The notes: generated by a model not told the origin, from the sequence alone. 64,000 bases of DNA from Clostridia bacterium (GCA_017404545.1 JAFRCC010000022.1:86448-150447); one strand, 5' to 3'; counted from the first letter of the stretch, positions 48,960 to 58,885 are shown. A program made the numbers and translations.

Positions 48960-49310
48960 AAATCTAAGCATTTTTTCTCGCCACTACTAAGATACTTTTC
49001 AATCTCAGAATACGACATGAACTGTATTTCACCTGAAATAACTAACTTTAATAATTTTACGACGATTTTCAAAAGCCTCTTCGCCAATGCAAATTGTTCC
49101 ATCTAAAACGTTATATGAGCTTTGGTCTTTTCCAGATGGATAACGAACAAGCTCTGTTTTATCTTTATTATACAATACACCATTTAAATGCACTTTCTCC
49201 AATTACCGTTACTCCATCGGCTATTATAAATTTATTATCCTTATTTTGAAAGGTAGAAATAAAAAGATTTTTCGTGTTCTTATTCGAGCTTTCTTGGCTC
49301 ACTTTACACT
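48960..49310 (-). pseudogene. Remnant of a BspA-type leucine-rich-repeat surface protein N-terminus (frameshifted pieces FIIADGVTVIGESAF and VLDGTICIGEEAF).
   Basis: Hand translation of the minus strand. No intact ORF. Confidence 0.4.
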
Positions 49311-49437
49311 TTAACTTATAAATAATTTATAAAAAAACTTACATAAAATTCAAAAAAATGATAAAATATTCTTTACGTGAAAAAGTAAAAAATTGTTATT
49401 AGTTATAATATTTTCACGAATTAAGGAGGAAAAATAT

Positions 49438-49944
49438 ATGAATGAAAAAAGGTTACCACAAACGAAAAAAGAAGGAATTTTATATGGAAGTATAATTTGC
49501 TTAATTACTGTAATTGTAATGTTATTACTAAATATCGGTACAGCTTTTGGTGGTTTTTCGAAAGAAACAATGCTTATCATTTTAAAGCTTATACCAATTA
49601 TATGGATTGTTGCAATGTTAATTGAAAGTCTTTTTATTGGAAAAGTAGCCGAATTTCTTGTTTCAAAATTTACTGAGAATTCCGATAGCTTTAATACAAA
49701 AATTCTTTTTAACATTTTATTTTGTGTTACTGGAATGTCCGCAATTATGACGATAGTTGGTGGATTAATTGGAACAGGAATAAGCTTAGAGCCATTTAAA
49801 ACGTTTTTTTTGCACTGGCCTCGCAATTTTTGTGTAGCATTTTGGTGTGAAATTATATTAGCACAACCAATAGCTAGATTTACTATGAAATCAATTCACA
49901 AAAAACAAGAGCAAAAAAAAGCTTTACCAGAATTGTCTAAATAG
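49438..49944 (+). CDS. DUF2798-like membrane protein (start MNEKRLPQ, RBS aaggagg).
   Basis: C-terminal HWPRNFCVAFWCEIILAQPIARF motif. Coordinates follow the ORF-track frame. Confidence 0.5.
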   Translation: MNEKRLPQTKKEGILYGSIICLITVIVMLLLNIGTAFGGFSKETMLIILKLIPIIWIVAMLIESLFIGKVAEFLVSKFTENSDSFNTKILFNILFCVTGMSAIMTIVGGLIGTGISLEPFKTFFLHWPRNFCVAFWCEIILAQPIARFTMKSIHKKQEQKKALPELSK

Positions 49945-49966
49945 TATATACATATTATCTTTTATC

Positions 49967-50003
49967 TAATTGATAAAATTTAGTGTATGCCACATCACTT
50001 ATG
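49967..50003. terminator. Bidirectional terminator (14-bp perfect stem tttagtgtatgcca / tggcatacactaaa) between the convergent DUF2798 and pyrB genes.
   Basis: Read directly. Confidence 0.7.
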
Positions 50004-50030
50004 GCATACACTAAATAGTAGTCACTTCAT

Positions 50031-51113
50031 TTACTTTATTTCATGATCACAGAATATGCATCTTAATTTATTATCATTACATTTTACTGCAAGTTGCTTT
50101 AATCCCCTTTCGATAGAAGTTATACACATGGAATTCTCGCATTTACAATTATTGCTTTCTATAGCATCATTTAAGTGTTTATATTCATAATTTAAATTTT
50201 TCTCGTCCAGCAATTTAAGTATTATTGCCATACGCATATATCTGCCGTTTTCTGCTTGCCTAAAGTATGCTGCTCTTCTCTTATCGTCATCAACCTCTAC
50301 CGCAATTTCATTAACACGTGGTAATGGGTGGAGTATACTTAAATCTTCTTTCGCATTATCCAGCTTTTTCTTATCTAAAATATATACATCTTTTAATCTT
50401 TCATATTCTTCTACATCTGTAAAACGCTCTCTTTGTATTCTTGTCATATATAGTATATCTAATTCAGGTATGCTCCCTTCTAAGTTATTTGTTTCCACAT
50501 ATTCAATATTCTTTTTATCAAGTATTTCATTTATGTATTCCGGCATTTTTAATTCTTCTGGAGAAATAAATACAAATTTTACATTACTATATAGTGATAA
50601 TGCTGTTACTAAAGAATGTACAGTCCTTCCATATTTCAAGTCCCCACATAAACCCACTGTTAGATTATCTATATGACCCTTCTCTTTACTAATTGTTAAT
50701 AAATCTAATAAAGTTTGAGTAGGATGATTGTGTCCTCCATCACCAGCATTTATAATTGGTACGTTTGAATGCATAGAAGCAACCAGTGGAGCTCCCTCTT
50801 TTGGATGTCTCATAGCTATTATATCTGAATAACCACTTACAACAGTTATTGTATCTGCAAGTGATTCCCCCTTTGATGTAGATGAACTATTTGCATTCGA
50901 AAAACCAAGAATACTACCTCCCAAACTAAGCATTGCAGACTCAAAACTAAGCCTTGTTCTTGTACTTGGTTCAAAAAATAAAGTAGCCAAAATTTTTCCT
51001 TTACACATTTCACTATATTTTTCTTTATTATCCATTATATCCTTAGAAATTTCTATTAATTCGTCAATCTCTTCTTTTGAGAAGTCTTCTATACCTATTA
51101 AATCTCTCATCAA
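50031..51113 (-). CDS. pyrB: Aspartate carbamoyltransferase catalytic chain fused to a C-terminal PyrI-type zinc-binding regulatory domain.
   Basis: STRTR and HPxQ ATCase motifs. C-terminal [16 protein letters not shown]...LRCIFCDHE four-Cys zinc domain. 360 aa versus ~305 for a plain PyrB. Confidence 0.75.
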   Translation of the reverse strand: MMRDLIGIEDFSKEEIDELIEISKDIMDNKEKYSEMCKGKILATLFFEPSTRTRLSFESAMLSLGGSILGFSNANSSSTSKGESLADTITVVSGYSDIIAMRHPKEGAPLVASMHSNVPIINAGDGGHNHPTQTLLDLLTISKEKGHIDNLTVGLCGDLKYGRTVHSLVTALSLYSNVKFVFISPEELKMPEYINEILDKKNIEYVETNNLEGSIPELDILYMTRIQRERFTDVEEYERLKDVYILDKKKLDNAKEDLSILHPLPRVNEIAVEVDDDKRRAAYFRQAENGRYMRMAIILKLLDEKNLNYEYKHLNDAIESNNCKCENSMCITSIERGLKQLAVKCNDNKLRCIFCDHEIK

Positions 51114-51123
51114 AACTCTCCTT

Positions 51124-51207
51124 TAATTTTGGGGACGGAGCAAAAAATTTCACAAATTCCTCTATAATTTTGGAGACAGAGCAAAATATTTCACAAATCC
51201 CTCTATA
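51124..51207 (+). repeat. Two tandem ~41-bp units each containing the REP-like core TTTTGG(G/A)GAC(G/A)GAGCAAAA(A/T)ATTT, directly upstream of the pyrB RBS.
   Basis: Units 51124-51166 and 51165-51207 differ at five positions. Confidence 0.7.
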
Positions 51208-51296
51208 TTTTTTATCTATTTTAGAAAATGCTCACAATTAAAGGACCGAGCATATTCTACGTTTTCGTATAATATACCCAATCCTTTAATATTTAA

Positions 51297-51935
51297 CTAT
51301 TTAATCCAGCTTTCATCACTTGGATTATTTCTAAATTTAATTAATCTTTCTTTATCTTCTTCTTTGATATATCCCTTTTCTGCTGCAACTTCAACCATTA
51401 CATCGAAGTTTGATAAGCTTATATTTTTTACATTAGCTTCTTTAAGTGCTTCTTTGCTCTTAGCCATGTTATATGTGAAAATACTTACTATACCTAGAAC
51501 ATTTGCTCCAGCTTCTCTTAAAACATTAACAACGTCAATAACACTTCCACCTGTTGAAATTAAATCTTCTACAACAACAACTTTTTGTCCTGGAATTAAT
51601 CTTCCTTCGATTTGGTTCTTTCTTCCATGATCTTTGCTACTTCCTCTAACGTATCCCATTGGAAGTCCTAGTATATCAGCAGTAATAGCTGCATGTGCAA
51701 TACCTGCAGTACTTGTTCCCATCAAGACTTCTGCTCCAGCAAAATTTTCTTGAATTATAGTAGCTAGCCCTTCCTCAACGTCATTTCTAACAATTGGTGA
51801 TGTTAATGTTAATCTGTTATCACAATAAATAGGGCTCTTAATTCCACTTGCCCATGTAAAAGGATCATCTGGCTTTAAAAATATAGCCTCTATAGATAAT
51901 AAATCCTTTGCAATTTTTTGTTCCATGTTTTCCAT
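51297..51935 (-). CDS. pyrE: Orotate phosphoribosyltransferase.
   Basis: PRPP-binding VVVVEDLISTGGS. Length fits PyrE. Confidence 0.8.
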   Translation of the reverse strand: MENMEQKIAKDLLSIEAIFLKPDDPFTWASGIKSPIYCDNRLTLTSPIVRNDVEEGLATIIQENFAGAEVLMGTSTAGIAHAAITADILGLPMGYVRGSSKDHGRKNQIEGRLIPGQKVVVVEDLISTGGSVIDVVNVLREAGANVLGIVSIFTYNMAKSKEALKEANVKNISLSNFDVMVEVAAEKGYIKEEDKERLIKFRNNPSDESWIK

Positions 51936-51953
51936 AATAAAATATCCTCCTTA

Positions 51954-52059
51954 AATTTTGGGGACGGAGCAAAAAATTAAAGTTACCATAATTTTTTGCT
52001 TTCCCCAAATAATCTATTTATATATTTTCTGAAGACTCAAATTTTTTGCTCCGTCCCCA
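51954..52059. repeat. Three REP-like copies in the pyrF-pyrE intercistronic region: forward 51954-51979, degenerate reverse 51989-52009, perfect reverse 52040-52059 abutting the pyrF stop codon.
   Basis: Core GGGGACGGAGCAAAAAATT and its reverse complement read directly. Confidence 0.75.
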
Positions 52060-52761
52060 TTAATCAATAAAATCTATTACACATTTTCTATATGCTTCAA
52101 CCGGGTTTTCAGCTTGAGTTATTGGTCTACCAACAACTATATAATCTGAACCTAATTCTTTTGCTTTAGCAGGTGTTGTAATTCTAACTTGGTCTCCTGC
52201 ATCCTTAGCAGCGAATCTAATTCCTGGTGTTACGGTAATAAAATCTTTTCCACATTTTGCTTTAACAGCTTGTACTTCAAGTGGTGAACAAACTACACCA
52301 TCAAGTCCTGCTTCTTTTGTATTTTGAGCATAATGCATAACTACATCCTCTATTGGCTCTTTAATTAGAAGTTCATTTTCCATTCTTTCTTGGCTTGTAG
52401 ATGTTAACTGTGTTACGCCAATTAGGATTGTATTTCTACTTCCATCCTCTTTTGTAAGACCCTTAAGTCCTGCTGCCATCATATCTTTTGTTCCAGCAGC
52501 ATGAACATTTGTCATGTCAACATCTAATCTTGAAAGAGATCTCATTCCCTTTTCAACTGTATTTGGAATGTCATGAAGCTTAAGATCTAAGAATATCTTA
52601 TGCCCCCTATTTTTTATTTCTCTTACAATATCTGGTCCCTCACTATAAAATAGCTCCATACCAATTTTAAGAAATAACTTTTCATCTTTAAATTTATCTA
52701 AGAATGCAAGCGTATCTGCTTTATCTTTAAAATCGCAAGCTATAATAACTCCTTTTCCCAT
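52060..52761 (-). CDS. pyrF: Orotidine 5'-phosphate decarboxylase.
   Basis: [13 protein letters not shown] motif and length. Confidence 0.8.
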   Translation of the reverse strand: MGKGVIIACDFKDKADTLAFLDKFKDEKLFLKIGMELFYSEGPDIVREIKNRGHKIFLDLKLHDIPNTVEKGMRSLSRLDVDMTNVHAAGTKDMMAAGLKGLTKEDGSRNTILIGVTQLTSTSQERMENELLIKEPIEDVVMHYAQNTKEAGLDGVVCSPLEVQAVKAKCGKDFITVTPGIRFAAKDAGDQVRITTPAKAKELGSDYIVVGRPITQAENPVEAYRKCVIDFID

Positions 52762-52780
52762 CTTACATACTCCTTTACTA

Positions 52781-53080
52781 TTATCTATTATTATTTAATT
52801 TTTCTTTAATGTATTTTAATTCTTCTTCATTTAGTTTTTCTACACGATGTTTTTGACCATATTCTTTTTGTTTTTCTGGAGAAAGCTCTGCAGTTAAATC
52901 CTCAAGCTCTCGTGCAAAAATCTTATTTTGAAAAACATTCTTGTATACAATTAGATTTTCTATTGGTTTATCTGAATTATCACCAGAATACTTAACACCA
53001 ATCTCTAGTACCTCACATATGTTTTTATCATCTAAACTTGTACCTTTAAAATGTTTAAAATAGTCACCTTTTTGTAGCAT
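52781..53080 (-). CDS. DUF1653-like small protein embedded in the pyr operon.
   Basis: GDYFKHFKG...LIVYKN pattern. Confidence 0.4.
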   Translation of the reverse strand: MLQKGDYFKHFKGTSLDDKNICEVLEIGVKYSGDNSDKPIENLIVYKNVFQNKIFARELEDLTAELSPEKQKEYGQKHRVEKLNEEELKYIKEKLNNNR

Positions 53081-53119
53081 TTCTTTACCTCTTTCGATTT
53101 TACTTTTTCACATTAAATA

Positions 53120-54040
53120 TTAGTGTGCAGCTCCAATTATATCTTTCAAGCTATCAATTTCATATTTTTCCATAGCTGCTGGTAAATTATCAATAATTTC
53201 TTTACAAGCATATGGATTTTTTAAGTTAGCAGCACCTACTTCAATAGCAGAAGCTCCTGCAAGCATCATTTCTATAACATCTTCTGCAGATTCAATTCCT
53301 CCAACACCAATGATTGGAATCTTAACTGCTTCATATACTTGGTAAACCATTCTAAGTGCCACTGGAAATATTGCAGGACCCGAAAAACCTCCCATTTTAT
53401 TGGCTATAACTGGCTTTTTATTTTTTAAATTAATTCTCATTCCAAGTAATGTATTTATTAAAACAATACCATCTGCTCCAGCAGCTTCAACCGCTTTAGC
53501 TATTTCAACAATATTTGTAACATTTGGTGTTAATTTTACATATACAGGTTTTGTAGTAACAGCTTTAACAGCTCTTGTTACTTCAGCAGCTGCCTCTGGA
53601 TTTGTTCCAAAGGTCATACCACCATTATGTACGTTTGGACAGCTTATATTTACTTCTATAATTTCAACTTGCTCTTCTTTATCCATTAGCTTGCAGCAAT
53701 GAACATATTCATCTATAGCGAATCCACTTATATTTGCTATTAACGGTTTCTTAAAGCAGCTTCTTAATTTTGGAAGCTCTTCAGAAATTACTTTATCAAC
53801 TCCTGGATTTTGAAGACCAATTGCATTTATTAATCCTGATTTACAATCTGCAATACGTGGTAATGGATTACCATATCTTGGCTCTTTAGTTGTTCCTTTG
53901 AAAGAAATAGATCCTAAAATGTTAATATCATAAAAGTCAGTGAATTCATATCCAAATCCAAATGTTCCACTTGCTGGAATTACTGGATTATCTAGCTTTA
54001 CTCCACTTAAAGTTGTTGTTAAATCTTTATTTATTCCCAT
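53120..54040 (-). CDS. pyrD: Dihydroorotate dehydrogenase catalytic subunit (class 1B).
   Basis: N-terminal LSGVKLDNPVIPASGTFGFG plus FMN-binding motifs. Confidence 0.8.
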   Translation of the reverse strand: MGINKDLTTTLSGVKLDNPVIPASGTFGFGYEFTDFYDINILGSISFKGTTKEPRYGNPLPRIADCKSGLINAIGLQNPGVDKVISEELPKLRSCFKKPLIANISGFAIDEYVHCCKLMDKEEQVEIIEVNISCPNVHNGGMTFGTNPEAAAEVTRAVKAVTTKPVYVKLTPNVTNIVEIAKAVEAAGADGIVLINTLLGMRINLKNKKPVIANKMGGFSGPAIFPVALRMVYQVYEAVKIPIIGVGGIESAEDVIEMMLAGASAIEVGAANLKNPYACKEIIDNLPAAMEKYEIDSLKDIIGAAH

Positions 54041-54771
54041 ATTAAGCTCTCCTTTCTGAACACTGGTCCTTCTTTACAAACTCTTCTATAACCATCTTTA
54101 GTTTTAATTGTACATCCCATACATGCTCCAAATCCGCATCCCATACGCTCTTCTAAACTTACTTGTCCAGACTTGTCTGTTGCTCCGCATATTGCTTTAA
54201 GCATAACCATTGGACCACATGCATAGAAGTATGTATAATCGTTTAAATCTTTCATTACATCTGTAACAAAACCTTTTGTACCAACACTTCCATCATTAGT
54301 TGAAACGTATACATCAACACCTAGCTTTTTGAATTCTTCTTCAAAGAATAAGTCATCTTTAGAGCCAAATCCTAATATAACTATTGGTTTCTTTCCTTTA
54401 GCTATTAAATCTTTACACAGTCTGTACATCGGAGGTGTACCGACGCCTCCCCCAATAACAAGTGGTCTATCTCCATCACAATCTAAATCAAATCCATTCC
54501 CTAATCCTGTTAATACGTCTAGCTCGACACCATTTTTTAGATTTGCCATTATCTCAGTACCTTTACCTACTACTTTGTAGATAATTGTAACTGTTTTATC
54601 ATCATAATCGCATATTGAAATTGGACGTCTCAAATATAGTGATTCAAGCTCTATATTTATAAATTGTCCTGCATTTTTTATGTCTTTTGTATCGCCCTCA
54701 AGAACAATCTTGAATACATCTTTAGCAATATTCACATTTTCAATAATCTTAAATTTTGCTCGTTTATTCAC
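54031..54771 (-). CDS. pyrK: Dihydroorotate dehydrogenase electron-transfer subunit (GTG start).
   Basis: FAD/NAD fold. C-terminal 2Fe-2S cysteines CGFGACMGC. Confidence 0.75.
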   Translation of the reverse strand: MNKRAKFKIIENVNIAKDVFKIVLEGDTKDIKNAGQFINIELESLYLRRPISICDYDDKTVTIIYKVVGKGTEIMANLKNGVELDVLTGLGNGFDLDCDGDRPLVIGGGVGTPPMYRLCKDLIAKGKKPIVILGFGSKDDLFFEEEFKKLGVDVYVSTNDGSVGTKGFVTDVMKDLNDYTYFYACGPMVMLKAICGATDKSGQVSLEERMGCGFGACMGCTIKTKDGYRRVCKEGPVFRKESLIWE

Positions 54772-54787
54772 TCAGCTTCCTCCTTTA

Positions 54788-54868
54788 ATTTTAGGGACGT
54801 ACTCATTTTTTTGAGTTTACTATCCCACTTTTATGGTTAACTTTATTTTTTTGCTCCGTCCCCAAAAA
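54788..54868. repeat. REP-like pair in the pyrC-pyrK junction: degenerate forward copy 54788-54815 upstream of the pyrK RBS, and reverse copy 54846-54868 lying inside the last six codons of pyrC.
   Basis: Reverse copy tttttttgctccgtcccc encodes G-D-G-A-K-K-stop of PyrC on the minus strand. Confidence 0.7.
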
Positions 54869-56117
54869 CTAACTTTCCATCGCAGAATGTCATTTTGCAT
54901 CTACCAAATACGTGGTTTCCGTCAAATGGAGTTGCTTTACCCATTGATACAAATGTAGATGAATCAATGTCATATTCTTCATTTAAATCATATACAGTCA
55001 TATCAGCAGGAGCTCCTACTTTTAATTCTGAACCAATTCCAAATATCTTTGTAGCATTTGAATTCATAAGCTCTAATAGTTTTTCTAAAGTAATTATTCC
55101 TGGTTTTACTAAGTTTGTATATAAAACTGGGAAACAAACCTCTAAACCAACAACTCCCATTGCGCTTCCAGCTAATCCTTTTGATTTTTCTTCAGCAGAA
55201 TGAGGAGCATGGTCTGTTATTATTAGATCAATTGTTCCATCTTTTATTCCTTCAATTAAAGCAAGTCTATCTTCTTCAGATCTTATTGGAGGATTCATTT
55301 TAAATCTTCCTTCTTCTTTAATTTGCATATCATTCATTGTTAAGTAGTGTGGACCAGTTTCGCAAGTAATTGGAACCCCTTCTTTTTTAGCTTGTCTAAT
55401 TAGTTCAACACTTTCCTTTGTAGATATGTGACATACATGATAGTGGCATCCAGTTTGTCTTGAAAGCTCTATATCTCTCTTGATTGGAACCCACTCACTT
55501 GCTGAGCAAATACCTTTGTGTCCATGTAATTTAGCATACTCCCCATCATGTATATATCCACCGTTTAAGAGAGAATTCTCTTCGCAATGAGCAACAACCA
55601 TTTTACCAAGTTCTTTTGCTTGTTTCATTGCCTCTAACATCATTCCTTCTTTTTGGACTCCATGTCCGTCGTCAGAAAAAGCAATAACTTTATCAGCTAT
55701 ACCTTTTAAGTCTGCTAGCTCTTCACCTTTTTCTCCGACTGTTATAGTTCCATATGGATAAACATGTATTTTAGCATCTTTTTCGATTGCATCAAGCTCT
55801 ATTTGTAAGTTTTCCATACAGTCTGGTGTTGGATTTAAGTTTGGCATTGCACAAATGCTTGTGTAACCACCTTTAGCACCTGCATAGCTACCAGTTGCAA
55901 TGGTCTCCTTATAAATAAAACCAGGTTCCCTTAGATGTGTATGAACATCAATTAAACCTGGTAATAAATACATATTATTCAAATCGTAAACTACATCGAA
56001 TCCGTTAGCTTCGATGTTTGCAGAAATATTAGTAATAACTCTATCAGTAATTTCTAAATCACTTTTAGTGAATTTTCCTTCTGTAAAAATCATAGCATTC
56101 TTTAATAATGTTTTCAT
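54843..56117 (-). CDS. pyrC: Dihydroorotase (start MKTLLKN).
   Basis: DVHTHLREPG metal-binding motif. Track ORF trimmed from 56174. Confidence 0.8.
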   Translation of the reverse strand: MKTLLKNAMIFTEGKFTKSDLEITDRVITNISANIEANGFDVVYDLNNMYLLPGLIDVHTHLREPGFIYKETIATGSYAGAKGGYTSICAMPNLNPTPDCMENLQIELDAIEKDAKIHVYPYGTITVGEKGEELADLKGIADKVIAFSDDGHGVQKEGMMLEAMKQAKELGKMVVAHCEENSLLNGGYIHDGEYAKLHGHKGICSASEWVPIKRDIELSRQTGCHYHVCHISTKESVELIRQAKKEGVPITCETGPHYLTMNDMQIKEEGRFKMNPPIRSEEDRLALIEGIKDGTIDLIITDHAPHSAEEKSKGLAGSAMGVVGLEVCFPVLYTNLVKPGIITLEKLLELMNSNATKIFGIGSELKVGAPADMTVYDLNEEYDIDSSTFVSMGKATPFDGNHVFGRCKMTFCDGKLVFGDGAKK

Positions 56118-56218
56118 TTTAATCCTCCCTTCAATCTCATCTATGATATAAGAAATGGAACAAAATGTCAACATTTTTTTATTTTAAAGAAAAAAATAGA
56201 AAAAATTTTATAAAATAA

Positions 56219-56248
56219 AAAGACCCCCCAGCATATTCGCGGGGGGAT
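56219..56248 (-). terminator. GC-rich terminator (C6 agcatattcg G7) followed on the minus strand by a U-rich run.
   Basis: Read directly. Confidence 0.6.
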
Positions 56249-56362
56249 CATGACCATTTGGCTTAGAAACAATCAGCTCGTTAAGGACTCCTAACGTATT
56301 AAAGCAGTATGGAAATAGCTTACTACATAGTTTTCCATTTACTCATAGACACGTACCTTGGT

Positions 56363-57256
56363 TTAGCGAAGGCACGCTGGTTCAACCAATTCGATGAGCA
56401 ACCCGCCTCCATGCTTAAAAACACCTAACGTATTATAGCTGTATGGAAGCCTCCTTTCAACTACCCAGCTTGCTCGGTTGTTTATACCATTGCCCTTCTG
56501 ACGGGTAACAAATGTATATTCTGCATCATGATCACTAAAAAGCAGTTGGTGGGCGTTGGTATTGAATTTTCCTGTAGACGTTCTTTGCCAAGCCTCAAAT
56601 GTGTCGGTGGAAGTCATAGTAACTTCATATTGTGTTTTTGCATATACATCAGCCTTAACAATTTTGAAGATTACGTACAATCCAGCAACAATCGCAAGAT
56701 TCTTCATTTCATTAAATGTCCAGCCAGTTTCCTCGCAAAGTTCAATTTCAAGACCTGGAATTTTAATCACCAGGCTATAACCTCCGATGATAGACCATTT
56801 GTAGAAGTTTACAGTCAAGTGCCGCAGACGAGACTCCGTCCAGTCACTTTTAATTTCATCCACATCCATCTCAAAAGGACCAAATAAACTCAGTCCCATC
56901 ATGAAAACCGGTTTTTCATTGAAACAATCATTTCCTTTTGCACCTGCGTGAACATTACGACTTCTTACACCATCATACTCATCATACAAAACACATTTAC
57001 CTTTCACAAGCAATCTTTCCAACATAGCAATAAAAAGCTTTTCTACATAGCTCTTATAAGCCTCAGAAACGCTAATTAAGTCAGATGCCTCCATTGTGAT
57101 TGGCTCCACTTTTGGTGCGGTATTTGTTTTCGCTTCGTGTGTAGTGTTTGTTACTGCCTTGGGTGCTGCAATTGTTGTTGTCGCACTTGCTGTGCTTGTA
57201 GCTGCAGCTGTTACATTGTTTGCTCTAGCCTTCCGGCCTTTGAAAAAGTCCATCAT
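56363..57256 (-). CDS. Hypothetical protein on a ~42% GC islet (start MMDFFKG). N-terminal Ala/Thr-rich low-complexity region.
   Basis: ORF with atypical composition. A partial duplicate of its 3' end lies at 56275..56345. Confidence 0.45.
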   Translation of the reverse strand: MMDFFKGRKARANNVTAAATSTASATTTIAAPKAVTNTTHEAKTNTAPKVEPITMEASDLISVSEAYKSYVEKLFIAMLERLLVKGKCVLYDEYDGVRSRNVHAGAKGNDCFNEKPVFMMGLSLFGPFEMDVDEIKSDWTESRLRHLTVNFYKWSIIGGYSLVIKIPGLEIELCEETGWTFNEMKNLAIVAGLYVIFKIVKADVYAKTQYEVTMTSTDTFEAWQRTSTGKFNTNAHQLLFSDHDAEYTFVTRQKGNGINNRASWVVERRLPYSYNTLGVFKHGGGLLIELVEPACLR

Positions 57257-57511
57257 TTTTGATGACCTCCTTAAAAAAATTTTTTTGGTTAACTTCAGTT
57301 CAGGAACTTCCTTTACCGAATTCTTCTTGACCAATTTCTCTGTGCCAAAATGCCTTAATTACGGCTCAACGGCGGAGATTTAATTCAAAAATATTAACCT
57401 ATACACATTATATCATGTTTACATAATCGTGTCAAAATTTGGCAAAAAAATTCAACATGTCAATATATTTATCAACTTGCTGAATTTAAATCTCTACCTT
57501 TATAAAATTAA

Positions 57512-58153
57512 TTATTTAATTGTAATTCCTAATAATTTCGATAATTCCAAAGCTTGTAACTCACTTACAATAACTCCTTTTAAGCTATCTGGTGTTATTG
57601 CAATTCCAGTAATATCACAGCTAGACAAATCTATATTATTTAAACTTGTTCCCATTAGCTGTGATGCTATTAGATTATTGTTTACAAATTCTACATCTTT
57701 AAAATGTACTTCTTGGAAAACCGAATTAGACATCTTATTTTCATTAAAACAAACCTCTTTATATGTACCAAGCGACATACTTGAATATGAAATATTCGAA
57801 TTATCCATTAATATGTTATACATATTTACATTGCAGAAATTTGATCCAACTAATTTGCAGTTTACAAATGTGACTCTTACAAAATTACATTCATAAAAAA
57901 ATGTATTTGAGAAATCACAGTTTTCAAACAACACATCCGTAAAGTAAACTCTTTCAAACTTGCTATTAGGGCTAATGCACTCTCTAAATTCACAAGAGCT
58001 AAACTCCATGCCCTGAGCTTCAATATTCCCCTCATAGCATTTATTAAAATAACAGCATGCCACATCCATATCGTGGTTAACCGCTTCTCTTATTACTCCT
58101 TTAATTGTATTACATTCTGTTGTTCCATCTAAATTTGGTTTAATAACTTCCAT
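57512..58153 (-). CDS. Pentapeptide-repeat protein (Qnr/MfpA-like).
   Basis: Tandem A(D/N)LXX pentapeptide repeats across 213 aa (NCDFSNTFFYECNFVRVTFVNCKLVGSNFCNVNM). Confidence 0.65.
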   Translation of the reverse strand: MEVIKPNLDGTTECNTIKGVIREAVNHDMDVACCYFNKCYEGNIEAQGMEFSSCEFRECISPNSKFERVYFTDVLFENCDFSNTFFYECNFVRVTFVNCKLVGSNFCNVNMYNILMDNSNISYSSMSLGTYKEVCFNENKMSNSVFQEVHFKDVEFVNNNLIASQLMGTSLNNIDLSSCDITGIAITPDSLKGVIVSELQALELSKLLGITIK

Positions 58154-58227
58154 TGTATATTCCTCATCTTTCTTGTGTGACTATGTTGCTTTATGCTCTA
58201 AATTTAAGTTATAAAGCCGATTTTAAA

Positions 58228-58803
58228 TTAAAATCCTATAATACTTCTAAGCTCTGCCTGGGTTTCTTCAAGTGTTTTACTATTTTCAACGTTAAATACT
58301 TTTATTGATGGGTATCTTTTCTTAATATCTTCTGCCATCTCTAAGTACACCCTTTGTTGATTTATACTATTTTCTGCTTCAAATTTTGAATTGTGAAAAC
58401 TTGCTTTTTCAGGTCTTTTTAGTCTTTCATTGTATAAATCCTCATTTTCTAGGTACAAAGTAATATAGTAGATTTCGAAATCTAATTTACTAAATTCATC
58501 AAGTAATCTTTCATACACATCCGAAAAAGTATATTCCTTTTTTCCTAATCTACAATAGTTCTCCTCCGTAAAAAATGTTCTGTCAAATACTAAATTAATG
58601 CTCTTATTTTCTAAACCTTTTATGTACTCCATTAGATGGTCATACATCTCCTCGGCTTTCTTTTTCCCCGTTGGAGTACTATCTGAAGTACCACACAATC
58701 TATATAAATTTGTATAACTTAATGAATGTCTTAAAAAGTCTGTAATTGTTGTTTTTCCTGCTCCTTGAGCTCCTTCTATTACAATTAATTTTGAATTTGC
58801 CAT
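58228..58803 (-). CDS. P-loop nucleoside/nucleotide kinase-like protein.
   Basis: Walker A IVIEGAQGAGKTT. Confidence 0.5.
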   Translation of the reverse strand: MANSKLIVIEGAQGAGKTTITDFLRHSLSYTNLYRLCGTSDSTPTGKKKAEEMYDHLMEYIKGLENKSINLVFDRTFFTEENYCRLGKKEYTFSDVYERLLDEFSKLDFEIYYITLYLENEDLYNERLKRPEKASFHNSKFEAENSINQQRVYLEMAEDIKKRYPSIKVFNVENSKTLEETQAELRSIIGF

Positions 58804-58851
58804 GCCTTACGCCTCCTACGTTATATTACATCAAAGCTATTGTATATGTCA

Positions 58852-58882
58852 ATTAAATTTTGGGGACGGAGCAAAAAATTTA
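58852..58882 (+). repeat. REP-like copy (forward) flanking the downstream side of the RAYT gene.
   Basis: aattaaattttggggacggagcaaaaaattt. Confidence 0.7.
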
Positions 58883-58885
58883 AGT

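Noticed and set aside
48835-48960. Possible M-box (Mg) riboswitch upstream of mgtA
   Set aside because: The leader between the putative promoter and ATG is only ~35 nt and lacks M-box conserved segments. No riboswitch called.
51954-52059. PyrR binding loops / classic pyr attenuators
   Set aside because: The repeats lack the PyrR binding-loop consensus (UCCNGNGAGG) and the hairpins are not followed by U-tracts. The same element also flanks a transposase and metG, so it was interpreted as a REP-like family instead.
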